DNA of 64,000 nucleotides, taken from assembly GCA_963741095.1 (NCBI GenBank), contig CAVUGN010000009.1:1-64000 (forward strand), given 5' to 3'. The DNA comes from an uncultured Candidatus Micrarchaeota archaeon (GTDB taxonomy: Archaea; Micrarchaeota; Micrarchaeia; Micrarchaeales; Micrarchaeaceae). Numbering within the stretch: position 1 is the first letter of the stretch; each line of letters begins with the position of its first letter. The notes below the pieces were generated by a model that had not been told where the DNA came from, ran no database searches, and saw only the letters and a list, made by a program, of their open reading frames with translations. Shown one piece after another: positions 30,302 through 40,813 of this stretch. A program made the position numbers and the translations under genes.

Positions 30302-31444
30302 TCAGAGGTTCACGTCTATGTTGAGCTGCTCCTTGAGCTCCCTGTACCGGTTCCTTATCGTCACTTCCGTGACTCCGGCGACGTCTGCCACCTCCTTCTG
30401 CGTCCTCCTCTCACCGGCAAGCGCGCCGGCTATGTAGACCGCAGCGGCGCTGACTCCGGTCGGGCTCCTTCCGGAGACCAGGCCCTTCTTCATCGCCTCC
30501 TTCAGCAGCTGGACCGCCTTGTCCTGTGCCTCGCCGCTCAGCTTCAGGGCGTTGACGTACCTTGGCACATAAGCGATTGGATCGGTCAGCGGTATCTTGA
30601 GATTGAGCTCGTGGGATATGACCCTGTAGGCCCTGCCAATCTCCTTCTTCGGCAGCCCCGATATCGTTGATATCTCGTCAAGCGTTCTCGGCATCCCCGC
30701 CTGCCTGCACGATGCATATATGACGGCCTGCACGACGGTTTCTATCGGCCTGCCCCTTATGAGGTTGTTCTGCACGCACTTCCTGTAGAGAAGCGCGGCG
30801 CTCTCACGTATGTTGTCCGGCAGTCCAAGATAACTCGATACCCTGTTCAGCTCTGGAAGCGCGATCAGGTAGTTCCTCTCAGAGGAGCTGGCTATGCTGG
30901 CTCTCTTGTGCCACTTCCTCATCCTGTACAATTGCGCCTGCCTCTTCGAGGGTATCCTTACACCACGAATATCCTTGTTGTAAAGGTCTATCTCGGTGAC
31001 AAGGCCCCTGTTCGGCTTTGTGTACTTTATCGGCGCTCCGGTTCTTGCACGCGCGTTCCTCTGGTCCGCATCGAACGCACGCCATTCCGGACCCGTGTCC
31101 GTGACGTTCTCCTCAATCACGAGCCCACAGTTGTTGCATATCATCTCTCCACGCTCGTTATCGAATATCAAATCGGTGCTTCCGCAGCTCGGGCACTTCT
31201 TTATCTGCTCCTCCACTCTTGATCTGTCGACGGGTGCTGCCGGCTGCACGTCATGGGTGACATGCATCTGCTGCGCCTGCTCGGTCTGTCCGACCATCGT
31301 GTCCCTGCCCTTCCTCCTTGCCGGCGCATCCGCGATGCTGAGCCTGTTATCAGTCACAACGATCTTTCTGATCTTCGTTGATTGTCCGCTGTCCCTCTCT
31401 TCTGCTTTTTTTGGTGTTGGCTTCTTCGTCTTCATTTGAGTCAC
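30302..31444 (-). CDS. tfb: Transcription initiation factor IIB with N-terminal extension
   Basis: CPSC...CNNC Zn ribbon, GPEWRAF, two cyclin folds, TEVTIRNRY. Confidence 0.96.
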   Translation of the reverse strand: MTQMKTKKPTPKKAEERDSGQSTKIRKIVVTDNRLSIADAPARRKGRDTMVGQTEQAQQMHVTHDVQPAAPVDRSRVEEQIKKCPSCGSTDLIFDNERGEMICNNCGLVIEENVTDTGPEWRAFDADQRNARARTGAPIKYTKPNRGLVTEIDLYNKDIRGVRIPSKRQAQLYRMRKWHKRASIASSSERNYLIALPELNRVSSYLGLPDNIRESAALLYRKCVQNNLIRGRPIETVVQAVIYASCRQAGMPRTLDEISTISGLPKKEIGRAYRVISHELNLKIPLTDPIAYVPRYVNALKLSGEAQDKAVQLLKEAMKKGLVSGRSPTGVSAAAVYIAGALAGERRTQKEVADVAGVTEVTIRNRYRELKEQLNIDVNL

Positions 31445-31685
31445 ATTTTACCGAGTGGAAAAACTCGATTGAATGCAAAAGGTTTATAAATCTTTTCAAA
31501 ATTAGTTAATATTTTTGTGAAGGAATAGATATATAAACCTTTCCCCCGAATTCCAGGGAAAACCGATGCAAAACACGTCGGTTTGAACTCGAGAAACGCG
31601 AAATCCACGGAACAGGCGCAGCGGATTCGCGAAAAGCCATCCAAACAACGCATTTAAGTTTTCGCAGCCATACCTATCCGATCCT

Positions 31686-33029
31686 ATGCCAGCCAAATCC
31701 ACGCTCAAACAGGTCGATTCGGAGATATTCGAGGCAATGAAGGGCGAGCTATCCAGGCAGAGGGACTGCCTGGAGATGATACCCTCGGAGAATTTCACGA
31801 GCATGAACGTGCTGCACGCGCTGGGATCGGTCCTGACCAACAAATATTCTGAGGGGTACCCCGGCAAGAGGTACTACGGCGGCAACCAGTTCATAGACAT
31901 CATCGAGACTCTTGCAATCGAACGCGCGAAGGTGCTTTTCAAGGTGCCCTACGCCAACGTCCAGCCCTATTCGGGATCGCCTGCCAATTTTGCGGTCTAT
32001 GCCGCGCTGTGCGGCCGCGGGGACACCATAATGGGATTGAACCTGACGGACGGCGGCCATCTCACCCACGGCTGGAAGACGAGCATGACAGGGCAGTTCT
32101 TCAACAGCGTGCCCTACCACGTCAAGGCCGACGGCTACATAGACATCGAGGAAGTGCGGACTCTGGCAAGGAAGGAGAAGCCAAAGCTCATATGGATAGG
32201 TGCGACAGCATACTCAAGAGCCCTTCCGTTCGAGGAATTTTCGAAGATAGCCGACGAAGTCAGCGCCTATCTTGTTGCGGACATATCCCACATAGCCGGC
32301 CTTGTGGCTGCGGGAGCGCACAAGAGCCCGGAACCCTACGTCCACATAATCACCACGACCACCCACAAGACCCTGAGGGGGCCGAGGGGCGCGATGCTGA
32401 TGGTGACGGAAAAGGGTCTCAAGAAGGACCCCGAGCTCGGAGACAAGCTGGACAAGGCGATATTTCCCGGATTGCAGGGCGGACCTCACGATAACACCAC
32501 TGCTGGAATAGCTGTGGCATTGCTCGAGGCGTCGAAGCCGGAGTTCAAGGAGTACGGCAGCCAGATAGTAAAGAACGCGCAGGCTCTTGCTGCAACGCTC
32601 ATGAAAAGAGGCCTTAAGCTCGTGACCAACGGCACGGAGAACCACCTCATCCTCATAGACTTGACGCCATTCGGCAATGGAAAAGGGGTGTTTGCCCAGG
32701 AAGCGCTCGACCTAGCCGGCATAGTGGTGAACAAAAACACGATACCGAAGGAGCCTTCAAGCCCGTTCTATCCCAGCGGCGTGAGGCTGGGAACGCCCGC
32801 GATAACCACGAGGGGCATGAAGGAGCAGGAGATGGACGAGATCGGCAACATCATGGCGGACGTCATAAACGAGGTTAAGGACTACGACATGTCAAATGAC
32901 AAGGCGGTCCGCATGGCGACGATAAAGAATTTCAGGAAGGAGATAAGCGCAAACGAGGTCATAAAAGCGGCAAGGGCCAAGACGCTCGAGATGTGCAGGA
33001 AATTCCCTCTCTATCCCGGCCTCGAATAG
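31686..33029 (+). CDS. glyA: Serine hydroxymethyltransferase (bacterial-like)
   Basis: PSENF, NKYSEGYPGKRYYGG, GGHLTHG and TTTHKTLRGPRG motifs. Confidence 0.96.
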   Translation: MPAKSTLKQVDSEIFEAMKGELSRQRDCLEMIPSENFTSMNVLHALGSVLTNKYSEGYPGKRYYGGNQFIDIIETLAIERAKVLFKVPYANVQPYSGSPANFAVYAALCGRGDTIMGLNLTDGGHLTHGWKTSMTGQFFNSVPYHVKADGYIDIEEVRTLARKEKPKLIWIGATAYSRALPFEEFSKIADEVSAYLVADISHIAGLVAAGAHKSPEPYVHIITTTTHKTLRGPRGAMLMVTEKGLKKDPELGDKLDKAIFPGLQGGPHDNTTAGIAVALLEASKPEFKEYGSQIVKNAQALAATLMKRGLKLVTNGTENHLILIDLTPFGNGKGVFAQEALDLAGIVVNKNTIPKEPSSPFYPSGVRLGTPAITTRGMKEQEMDEIGNIMADVINEVKDYDMSNDKAVRMATIKNFRKEISANEVIKAARAKTLEMCRKFPLYPGLE

Positions 33030-33030
33030 G

Positions 33031-33510
33031 TCATCTCGCTTTGTGCACATATTCCCTGTAAGTGAAACCGTCGAAGTCCTTCGTCTCCTTTTCCTCCCAC
33101 AGATCGAGATCCACCTTCGGGAAATAGGTGTCTCCATCATAGGAGATCTTCACCCACGAGATGTGCAGCACGTCCGCCAAGGGCAGCATCGCCTCATACA
33201 GTTGCGCCCCTCCGATGCAGAAAACGTCATCCCCATATATCCTCGCCACCTTCAACGCCTCCTCAACGCTCTTGCAGACAATCGCGCCTTTTTGCTCCTG
33301 CAGGGTGCCGCTCACTATGATGTTTGTCCTGCGAGGAAGCGGCCTGTACTTGTCGGACAGCGAGAGCCAAGTGTTCTTGCCCATGATCACTGTGTTGCCT
33401 GTTGTAAGCTCCTTGAAGAGCTTCGAGTCGTCGTGTATGTGCCACGGAAGGGCCCCGTTCTTCCCTATCACCAGGTCTTTCGTCATCGCGACGATGATGT
33501 GGATCTTCAT
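33031..33510 (-). CDS. folA: Dihydrofolate reductase
   Basis: IG..G.LPW, VIMG..TW, PLP.R.N, IGG and GDTYFP motifs. Confidence 0.95.
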   Translation of the reverse strand: MKIHIIVAMTKDLVIGKNGALPWHIHDDSKLFKELTTGNTVIMGKNTWLSLSDKYRPLPRRTNIIVSGTLQEQKGAIVCKSVEEALKVARIYGDDVFCIGGAQLYEAMLPLADVLHISWVKISYDGDTYFPKVDLDLWEEKETKDFDGFTYREYVHKAR

Positions 33511-33511
33511 T

Positions 33512-34411
33512 TCAAACAGCTATCTCAAACTCTATCTTCGGGTAGCTCTGGTAGCCATCAAGAACGGTGTCGGTGTACTGCCAGTCGAATATGCTCTTGA
33601 AGTTGTCAGTCCTTATCTTAGGCAACGCATACTGCGAAGGATTCCTGCTCAGCTGCTCCTTCGCGCCGTCCATGTGGTTCTCGTAGATGTGCGTGTCGGC
33701 GAGGAAGCCAACGAGCCTGCCCTCCTTCAATCCGGATTCCTTCGCCAGCAGGTGAAGCAGGATTCCATAGCTTGCTATATTGAACGGCAGACCCAGCATC
33801 GTGTCAACGGAACGCTGGTCCCATAACAGATTGAGCTTGTCCCCTATGACCGTTACCTGGAAGGCGTAGTGGCAGGCCGGCAGTCCCATCATCGGTATCT
33901 GCGGCGGGTTCCATGCCGAAACTATCATGCGCCTGTCCGTCGGGTCTGTCTTGAGCTTCTTCACGACATTTGCCAGCTGGTCGATGCCCTGTCCTGTATA
34001 ATCCGTGTCATAACTCAAGTACTTCGCGCCGAAGTGCCTCCACTGCCATCCGTACACCGGACCCAGATCACGCTCCTCAAGCATCTTCTTCTTCTCCTCT
34101 TCGGTGTGGCCGTACTTGACCTTCGCCTGATTCGCCCATTCGTCCCAAATATGATTGTTCCTGTCCTGCAGCCACTTCTTGTCGGTTATGCCTTTTATGA
34201 AGAACTCAAGCTCAGAGGCAACATTCTTGAACGGCATCTTCTTCGTGGTCAAAAGAGGGAAGCCCTTGCTCATGTCGTGCTCGAATATCGCTCCCGCTAT
34301 GGACTTCGCCTTCACCCCTGTCCTATTGTCCTTCCACTCCCCCTCGTCGACTATCCTCCTCACAATGTTGAGGTATTGCACGTCCGCGATTGTGTTGGTT
34401 GTTTCGGCCAT
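33512..34411 (-). CDS. thyA: Thymidylate synthase
   Basis: RTG, FPLLTTK, LGPVYG.QWR, LPACH, QRSVD..LGLPFN and DTHIY motifs. Confidence 0.96.
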   Translation of the reverse strand: MAETTNTIADVQYLNIVRRIVDEGEWKDNRTGVKAKSIAGAIFEHDMSKGFPLLTTKKMPFKNVASELEFFIKGITDKKWLQDRNNHIWDEWANQAKVKYGHTEEEKKKMLEERDLGPVYGWQWRHFGAKYLSYDTDYTGQGIDQLANVVKKLKTDPTDRRMIVSAWNPPQIPMMGLPACHYAFQVTVIGDKLNLLWDQRSVDTMLGLPFNIASYGILLHLLAKESGLKEGRLVGFLADTHIYENHMDGAKEQLSRNPSQYALPKIRTDNFKSIFDWQYTDTVLDGYQSYPKIEFEIAV

Positions 34412-34492
34412 TCTTCCACCCCCTGATATCGTCTTCTGCATCTATTCCCCCCGTCCCGATGTCTATCAGAGTTATCAATTATTTAACCCTTA

Positions 34493-34730
34493 TGCAGTGG
34501 CAGGCCGTAGCCCTCTTTTTGTTTTAGGCAGCATCAGTCTAAGCGGCTTTAAGCCTTGCATACTCACCGCACACGCATCGGCGCGTTTCATCCATCACGG
34601 CGCGCTCGTATTGTCATCGCTTTATGCGCCGCTCTGGTATCGTTTCTGTTCCGAATCAGGCCTTAAGCCCTCGTGTGCTCTGTATGAGAGGAGCTTCCTC
34701 CTTTCGGTAGGCTGCCCACCTGCCACCACA
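34493..34730 (-). ncRNA. rnpB: RNase P RNA (compact archaeal form)
   Basis: Minus strand: P1 GTGGCAGG/CCTGCCAC, P2 GGGCAGC/GCTGCCT, CR-I GAGGAAGCTCC, ACAGAAA, TGAAAC, GCTTAG..GAT, CR-V AACAAAAAGAGGGCTA. Confidence 0.88.
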
Positions 34731-34777
34731 GCAATATATGGGACAAGCCTTTTATTAATTGTTACCGATAGATTTCC

Positions 34778-35071
34778 ATGGTGACATTACCGGCACTGCC
34801 CGTCGGAAACACGCTTCTGAGTGAGGCAATCCTTGTGATACTGATCGCGCTGGTCCTTTTCATAATATTCAAGCTCGGAAAATCGCTGCTCAGGATAATC
34901 TTCGGCCTGATAGCGAACAGCATACTCGGCATACTTGCAATATTCTTGCTCGACTACTTCTTCAACATCGGCATACCACTTGAGGTGGCGACACTTGTGC
35001 CGACCGCACTGTTCGGCCTCCCGGCCGTGGGAACATTGATACTGCTGAGGTTCTTCGGCATACCCTTGTAA
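34778..35071 (+). CDS. BofA-like small membrane protein
   Basis: NSILG...L....F...IPL...T.....LFGLP.V pattern. Confidence 0.7.
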   Translation: MVTLPALPVGNTLLSEAILVILIALVLFIIFKLGKSLLRIIFGLIANSILGILAIFLLDYFFNIGIPLEVATLVPTALFGLPAVGTLILLRFFGIPL

Positions 35072-35089
35072 CTCCTTTAGGCGCTCACC

Positions 35090-35524
35090 ATGCAGAAAAA
35101 GGCGATTGGGGCAGTGGCGTTAATAGTGGTGCTGGCAATCGTTCTATCCTTTACCTTTTTGAACAATGGCAGCGTTGTCAAAACAACCGCTAGCACATCA
35201 ACAATATTGGTCAACGCATCGGCGCGGACCTATGCGCCCTCAGAAGAGATTGCGAATGTTTCCGCCGTGTACCCAAACGCCACAACCAGCACATTCTACT
35301 GCAACACGAGTGCTGATTGCATTATCGTGCACACCACCTCCTGTTTCAACAATCTGGCCTCTCAGCAGGCATGCATAAGCAAAACAGATTCCAACCAGTA
35401 CGCGACCTACTACAACAACTTCCTCAGCCGCAGCCCGGTGGCATGCCCACAATTCATAATAAACGCGTATGCAAGCTGCAGCTGCATAAACAATGGCTGC
35501 AGCCTGGTTTATGAAACAGGGTAA
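35090..35524 (+). CDS. Membrane-anchored or secreted protein with an eight-cysteine domain
   Basis: N-terminal TM, Thr/Ser linker, eight Cys in C....DC...C...C...C...CxC....C spacing. Confidence 0.65.
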   Translation: MQKKAIGAVALIVVLAIVLSFTFLNNGSVVKTTASTSTILVNASARTYAPSEEIANVSAVYPNATTSTFYCNTSADCIIVHTTSCFNNLASQQACISKTDSNQYATYYNNFLSRSPVACPQFIINAYASCSCINNGCSLVYETG

Positions 35525-35557
35525 GAATATAGACTTGGTTCTGCACCATATGCAGAA

Positions 35558-35755
35558 TCAACTGCATGCAAGCTTTATGTCCGAAACGTCTATCGTCTTC
35601 CTTTTTGCGTGATGCGACAGGAGCACGGCCTTCTGTGCCGTGTTGAAGGCGATCCTGTTCACGTACTTCTGCAGCTCCATGCTGGCATCCGACCTTACCC
35701 GGTTGGCTCCAGCCTCTCTTAATATTTTCTTGACAGTAGACTCTGATATATACAC
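35558..35755 (-). CDS. Archaeal histone
   Basis: ILREAGANRV..DA and HAKRKTI...DI histone-fold motifs. Confidence 0.88.
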   Translation of the reverse strand: MYISESTVKKILREAGANRVRSDASMELQKYVNRIAFNTAQKAVLLSHHAKRKTIDVSDIKLACS

Positions 35756-35830
35756 AAAATTCACCCGTGAGAGAGTATACCCAACAAACCTTTAAGAACA
35801 CGCAAATCTTTTGTGCATTAGCGGAATAGA

Positions 35831-37957
35831 CTACATGTTCAGTTGCTCGAAGACCCTTGCAGCAATGTCCTTGCCGAGCAGCTTCGTTACCTTGTCCTTG
35901 TTTTCCCGAATGTCCTGCACGGTCTTCACGCCGTTCGTGAACAGTATCCTCGCCCTGACGCGTCCTATCTGCTCCAATCTCACCAGGTCAAGAAGCTCCT
36001 CCTTTATGCCGTATCTCATTCGCACCCTCGTTTCGACGAGTTTCCTTGCCGGCACCTTCATTATGTGCGCCAACTCAGTGGCGGAATAGACCAGCCAGTC
36101 CGCATTGGTCATCTTGCTGTAAAGCCCTCCAGGCGTAGTGGAATACTTCTTCACGAGCTCCGGCTCCTTGACCTCGTCCATCCAGTCCTTGAGCATAAGG
36201 GCTGTGCTGAAGGCCTTGACCGGGTCATAATAGCCGTAATCCATGTTCATGTAGCCGTCAGAAATCTTGCTCTTCCTGAAATGCACGTAAGTAACGTATT
36301 CCAGCTCTGCTTCCTGCGTGGCCTTGACATAGGGCCGCATCTCAAGCGTGTTGGATATCATGTAAAGAACCCCAAGGGTATCAAGCTCCTGCCCCAGCGA
36401 GTCTATCATCCATCTGGCCGAAAGCGGATCAAGATAGAGCTGGCTTACCCGCTCGCCCATCTTCGTTGCCCTGTAGGTGCCTCCGCCGAGGTCCTCGATG
36501 AACTGCCATTCCAAAAGGTCCTCGACTATGTCATCGATCATGCTGTTTATGTGGCTCTGGCTCTTGTACTGGAAGCTGTAGAAGCTCTTTGCCAGAAAAC
36601 GCTGCATCGCCTTCTTGCTGTTCAGGAAGTTCTGCGCCACGAACGCGAGGATGTGTGTTCTCATTATAGGTGCAATGCCAAGAGAGGACTCGACAGGCTC
36701 GAGTTTCGCGATTATGTAGCTGTTGTACAGCTCCTCTATGCGCTCCTTCGATGAGGCGATGAGCAGCGCTCTCCCTTCAGTATCATATTTCGGCCTTCCA
36801 GCCCTTCCAAAGAGCTGTGTGACTTCGTTGACGCCCAATCTCTCGCTGGAGCCATTGTCATACCTGCTGGTGTCTCGCACGACAACCGTATGAGCGGGAA
36901 GGTTGACGCCAAACCCGAGGGTAGTGGTCGAACATATCGCTTTGATCAGGTTCGCCTTGAACGCCTCTTCTATCAAGTGGCGTTGCTTGTTCATCAATCC
37001 CGCATGGTGGAACGAAACGCCCTTCTCCACCAGCGATGCAACTTTCTTGCACTGTTCGGTCGGCCGCTCCAGGACATTAAGAACATCCTCGCTGACCTTC
37101 TCAAGCGCTGCACGTTCCTCCTTCTTGAGCATTGCGTCAACGGTGTGGGACAACCTTACTGCGCCGGCCTCCGCATTCCTTCTGGCAGAATAGAAAAGCA
37201 GTATCTGCTTCTTCTGCAGCAGCGTATCTTGCGTTATCCTTGCCTCTGGGATCTCCGCCGTGCCCATAAGGTCCTCTTCTTTCACGATCTCCGTATCGTC
37301 ATGGTAGTAGGCCTTGCCGTTGTGGATTATCCCCTTCACCAGTTTCACCGGCCGGTACTCGCTTTGCACCAGTTCTGCGCTCAGCCATTTCGCGATCTCG
37401 TCGCAGTTGGCTATTGTGGCGCTCAGCGCTATGATCTGCGCGTCGCAGGTCGTGGCCAGCTTCGTCATCAGCACCTCCAGGGTAGGTCCTCTCGAAGAAT
37501 CGCCGATCATGTGCACCTCGTCGAAGACAATGCAGCCCACGCTATCAAGCCAGTTTATCCCATGCCTCAACAGGCTGTCGAACTTCTCGGTAGAGAAGAA
37601 GAGCATGCTGTAATCCGCGAGCCACTGGTCGTTAGAATCAAGGTCGCCTATCGATATTGCCGACTTTATGTACGGATACGATGCCTGGAACTCGCTGAAC
37701 TTCTCGGTGGCAAGCGCTCGCATAGGGGCAATGTAAACCGCCTTCTTGCGTTTGGAGAGTATGGAATTGATGCAGGCCATCTCCGCCACCAGCGTCTTTC
37801 CGCTTGCGGTCGGGGAGGCAACAACCATGTTCTTGAAGGAAAGCAGCCCGCTCTCAACGGCCTGAACCTGCGGAGGCGTTAGCTTGGTTATGCCTCGGTC
37901 AACCAGGGACTCAAGCAGCTCGTTCGGGACCCTGCCTTTCAGCGACGACACCTCCAT
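35831..37957 (-). CDS. hel308: Ski2-like helicase Hel308
   Basis: PTASGKT, DEVH, LSAT, HHAGL, GVNLPA and GRAGRP motifs; C-terminal HhH (IGRVRAR). Confidence 0.92.
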   Translation of the reverse strand: MEVSSLKGRVPNELLESLVDRGITKLTPPQVQAVESGLLSFKNMVVASPTASGKTLVAEMACINSILSKRKKAVYIAPMRALATEKFSEFQASYPYIKSAISIGDLDSNDQWLADYSMLFFSTEKFDSLLRHGINWLDSVGCIVFDEVHMIGDSSRGPTLEVLMTKLATTCDAQIIALSATIANCDEIAKWLSAELVQSEYRPVKLVKGIIHNGKAYYHDDTEIVKEEDLMGTAEIPEARITQDTLLQKKQILLFYSARRNAEAGAVRLSHTVDAMLKKEERAALEKVSEDVLNVLERPTEQCKKVASLVEKGVSFHHAGLMNKQRHLIEEAFKANLIKAICSTTTLGFGVNLPAHTVVVRDTSRYDNGSSERLGVNEVTQLFGRAGRPKYDTEGRALLIASSKERIEELYNSYIIAKLEPVESSLGIAPIMRTHILAFVAQNFLNSKKAMQRFLAKSFYSFQYKSQSHINSMIDDIVEDLLEWQFIEDLGGGTYRATKMGERVSQLYLDPLSARWMIDSLGQELDTLGVLYMISNTLEMRPYVKATQEAELEYVTYVHFRKSKISDGYMNMDYGYYDPVKAFSTALMLKDWMDEVKEPELVKKYSTTPGGLYSKMTNADWLVYSATELAHIMKVPARKLVETRVRMRYGIKEELLDLVRLEQIGRVRARILFTNGVKTVQDIRENKDKVTKLLGKDIAARVFEQLNM

Positions 37958-38049
37958 ACAAACATATCTCATAAAAGATATTTAACTCATCTTCCATTTT
38001 CGCGCTAATCAACTTATTTATAGGTTTATTATGAATGTAATAGGAGTTC

Positions 38050-40809
38050 ATGCCCGAACAAAAGGGAAACGCCCGTCCCAGAGCGCAGATAGCCCTTGAA
38101 TTCGTTATAGTCTACTCATTCATCCTTGTCATTTTCGTGCTGATTTTCACCCTGATCTCAACGCAAAGAGCAGCCACCATGTCGGAGCAGGAATATTCGC
38201 TGCTGCAGCTGCAGGCGCAGAACATCGCAGACTACATAAATCAGGCACTGGGCGCTGGCAGCGGCTATTCAGCCGTGATACCCATAGCGGGCAGCATAGG
38301 CGTGCAGCAATTCAACATCTCGATGTCCACAACGGGAGTGGTGGAGGCGCAGACGAAAGTAGGCACGCAGATCGTAAGGGCCTACGCCTTCAGCAACGCG
38401 AGGAACATGGTGATAAACGGCACGCAGACCCAGACGGGCAACGGGATAACCGTCTATCTGCTGTCGATACAGATGGGCAGCATCTCCCTCACGAACTCAA
38501 ACGGCGCAGTATACGTCGACATGCAGCCCCCATCAACAACTGGCCTTCCGAAAAGTGTTACGTTCACCAACATCGCAAACACAAAAACAGCAAACTTCGG
38601 CAGCGGAGGCAGCATATCCGTTCCGATAACACCATTATTGCAGATGCAGACTTTTACTGTTTCAATGTGGGTCTATATAACCCCCGGGAATCCCTGCTTG
38701 ACGAATTGCGACATGTTCTTCATATCTTTTGGCAACAGCACCAACGTGTACCGCTTTTTCATGGACAAGGAGGGCTATAGCGGTCAATTACAATACGCCT
38801 GGCGAGCAGAACTTCAACCAACTGGTTCTGGTTGTTGCTCAACCGATGTCGACGGAGGCGGCTGGGTTGCAGGGAAATGGTACCATTTTGTTGCAACAGT
38901 CGATAGCAACGCAGATATGCTAAAAGTGTACATGAACGGAGTTTTCGTAGGTCAATCCCCCTTCACAGGGCCGATTATAACATCGACGATAACTGACCTT
39001 TATATACCCTGGTCCGCCTCTCAATCACAGATGACCAACGTTCAGGTCTATAATTCTGCGCTCACCGCGACTCAGGTATCAAACCTGTATCTCGAAGGCA
39101 TCGGTGGCGCTCCCATCCTGCCAGCAAACGTCGTCGGCTGGTGGCCGTTGGAAGGTAACACAAACGATTACAGCGGAAACAATCAGAATGGCGTGCCAAG
39201 CGGGGTTTTAGCATACCAAAGTGTAGCTCAAATAAACGCCCAAGTAAAGGCTGGAACCGGCGCAAATGTAGTGGGGGCACCTATGGGCATTGTTGCAAGC
39301 AATGGCGTTCTAAGCTCAAATGGCATGGTGCTATCGCTTTACACAAACGCGACTGGCAGCAACACAATCTTCATTTCATCAAACGGCGTAAAAAAGATTG
39401 CAAACCTGACAGTCAACGTTTTCGATGATAACATCACTACAGCAAACAACCTTGTGGGATGGTGGCCTCTGGATGAAGGTTACGGCAGTACGGCATACGA
39501 TTTGAGCGGCTATTATAACAACGGCGCATTCAGCAATCCTGCATGGGTTCCGTTCACGAACCAGACAAATCTTGCAGTTGCAAACTTCAATGGACAAAGT
39601 AGTACGATAACTGCTAACATCCCTAATGTTGGAACACACGCATTAACCGTAACTACCTGGATTTATGTGAACTCTATTAGCGCAAGCAGATATGGATTTA
39701 TAGATGCCGATGGCGCATCTGGGAATAATTATGATACTTTTTATTTAGGCACAGTAAACGGCAACCCAACACCCTACTTTGCAGTAGCAGAATCTGCGGG
39801 CACTAACTGGAATTGGTACTCATCACCCTCAACAACTTTAAATCTCAATACCTGGTATTTTCTAGCGGGCAGATTTAATGGCACATACGCAAGTCTTTAT
39901 GTTAATGCCAACCAACCTTTAATCACACCAGTAGGTAGTAACGGTCTGGGGATTCCATCAACTCCAACCGATATTGGCTGGGATGCGTGTTGTGGCGGCA
40001 TGAACCTTCCGGGTCAGATGGCAAACATCCAACTCTACAACACCTCCTTGACATATTCGCAGATAACGCGGCTCTATCAGGAAGGCATTTCAGGATCTCC
40101 GATAGGTGATACGGGTCTTATAAGCTGGTGGCCGCTTGCCTATAGTGCTAACGATTATTCTAGTAAAGGTAATAACGGCGTACCAACAAGTGTGACATTC
40201 AGTAACGTTAATTACACCAATCCAGCAACAACAAGCAGTGCAATAAAAGTTGCAAGCTTCAACGGAGTGAGCAGCTACATCGATGTTGGAAATGCAGTGA
40301 ACTTGAATCTTGGGGATTCGTTCACAATAGCTGCGTGGGTTTATATAAACAGTGTAACTCCACCTAGTACATATCCACGAATAGTTGCCAAAGATTATTA
40401 TTCTGCTCCATCCGTTCAAGGATATGGTATTGAAATGATTGGTGGGACGACCACCCCTTCTTTTGATGTATGTAATGGCGCAGCACAAGGATCAGGGGGA
40501 TTATCACAAGTTTATTTTGGTAATCTTAATACGGGCCGATGGTACTTCTTAGTTGGTACTTTTAATAAACCAATACAATCTACTTATGTGAATGGGCGAT
40601 TTGTAGGGAGTACTTCTTACAACTATGATTTGGTTAATTCGGCATACGATTTACAAATCGGTAAATCTGTCTGGCGGCCAAGCGATTACTTCAACGGTCT
40701 CATCTCAAACGTCCAAATCTACAATACCGCACTTAATTCCAATCAGATAATGCAACTCTATCAGCAAGGTATGCCACTGTATAATAAAATGAACGTTTCG
40801 CTGGGTTGA
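38050..40809 (+). CDS. Pilin-like protein (class III signal peptide) with three LamG/concanavalin-A domains
   Basis: RAQ/IALEF N-terminus; repeated W..., NVQ.YN.AL and GWWPL.G..NDYSG motifs. Confidence 0.85.
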   Translation: MPEQKGNARPRAQIALEFVIVYSFILVIFVLIFTLISTQRAATMSEQEYSLLQLQAQNIADYINQALGAGSGYSAVIPIAGSIGVQQFNISMSTTGVVEAQTKVGTQIVRAYAFSNARNMVINGTQTQTGNGITVYLLSIQMGSISLTNSNGAVYVDMQPPSTTGLPKSVTFTNIANTKTANFGSGGSISVPITPLLQMQTFTVSMWVYITPGNPCLTNCDMFFISFGNSTNVYRFFMDKEGYSGQLQYAWRAELQPTGSGCCSTDVDGGGWVAGKWYHFVATVDSNADMLKVYMNGVFVGQSPFTGPIITSTITDLYIPWSASQSQMTNVQVYNSALTATQVSNLYLEGIGGAPILPANVVGWWPLEGNTNDYSGNNQNGVPSGVLAYQSVAQINAQVKAGTGANVVGAPMGIVASNGVLSSNGMVLSLYTNATGSNTIFISSNGVKKIANLTVNVFDDNITTANNLVGWWPLDEGYGSTAYDLSGYYNNGAFSNPAWVPFTNQTNLAVANFNGQSSTITANIPNVGTHALTVTTWIYVNSISASRYGFIDADGASGNNYDTFYLGTVNGNPTPYFAVAESAGTNWNWYSSPSTTLNLNTWYFLAGRFNGTYASLYVNANQPLITPVGSNGLGIPSTPTDIGWDACCGGMNLPGQMANIQLYNTSLTYSQITRLYQEGISGSPIGDTGLISWWPLAYSANDYSSKGNNGVPTSVTFSNVNYTNPATTSSAIKVASFNGVSSYIDVGNAVNLNLGDSFTIAAWVYINSVTPPSTYPRIVAKDYYSAPSVQGYGIEMIGGTTTPSFDVCNGAAQGSGGLSQVYFGNLNTGRWYFLVGTFNKPIQSTYVNGRFVGSTSYNYDLVNSAYDLQIGKSVWRPSDYFNGLISNVQIYNTALNSNQIMQLYQQGMPLYNKMNVSLG

Positions 40810-40813
40810 TTCT

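Noticed and set aside
31445-31620. ORB-like strings (TTCCAGGGAAA, GAGTGGAAA) around an AT-rich tract
   Set aside because: Poor match to the ORB consensus, no G-string, far from cdc6; divergent tfb/glyA promoters explain the region.
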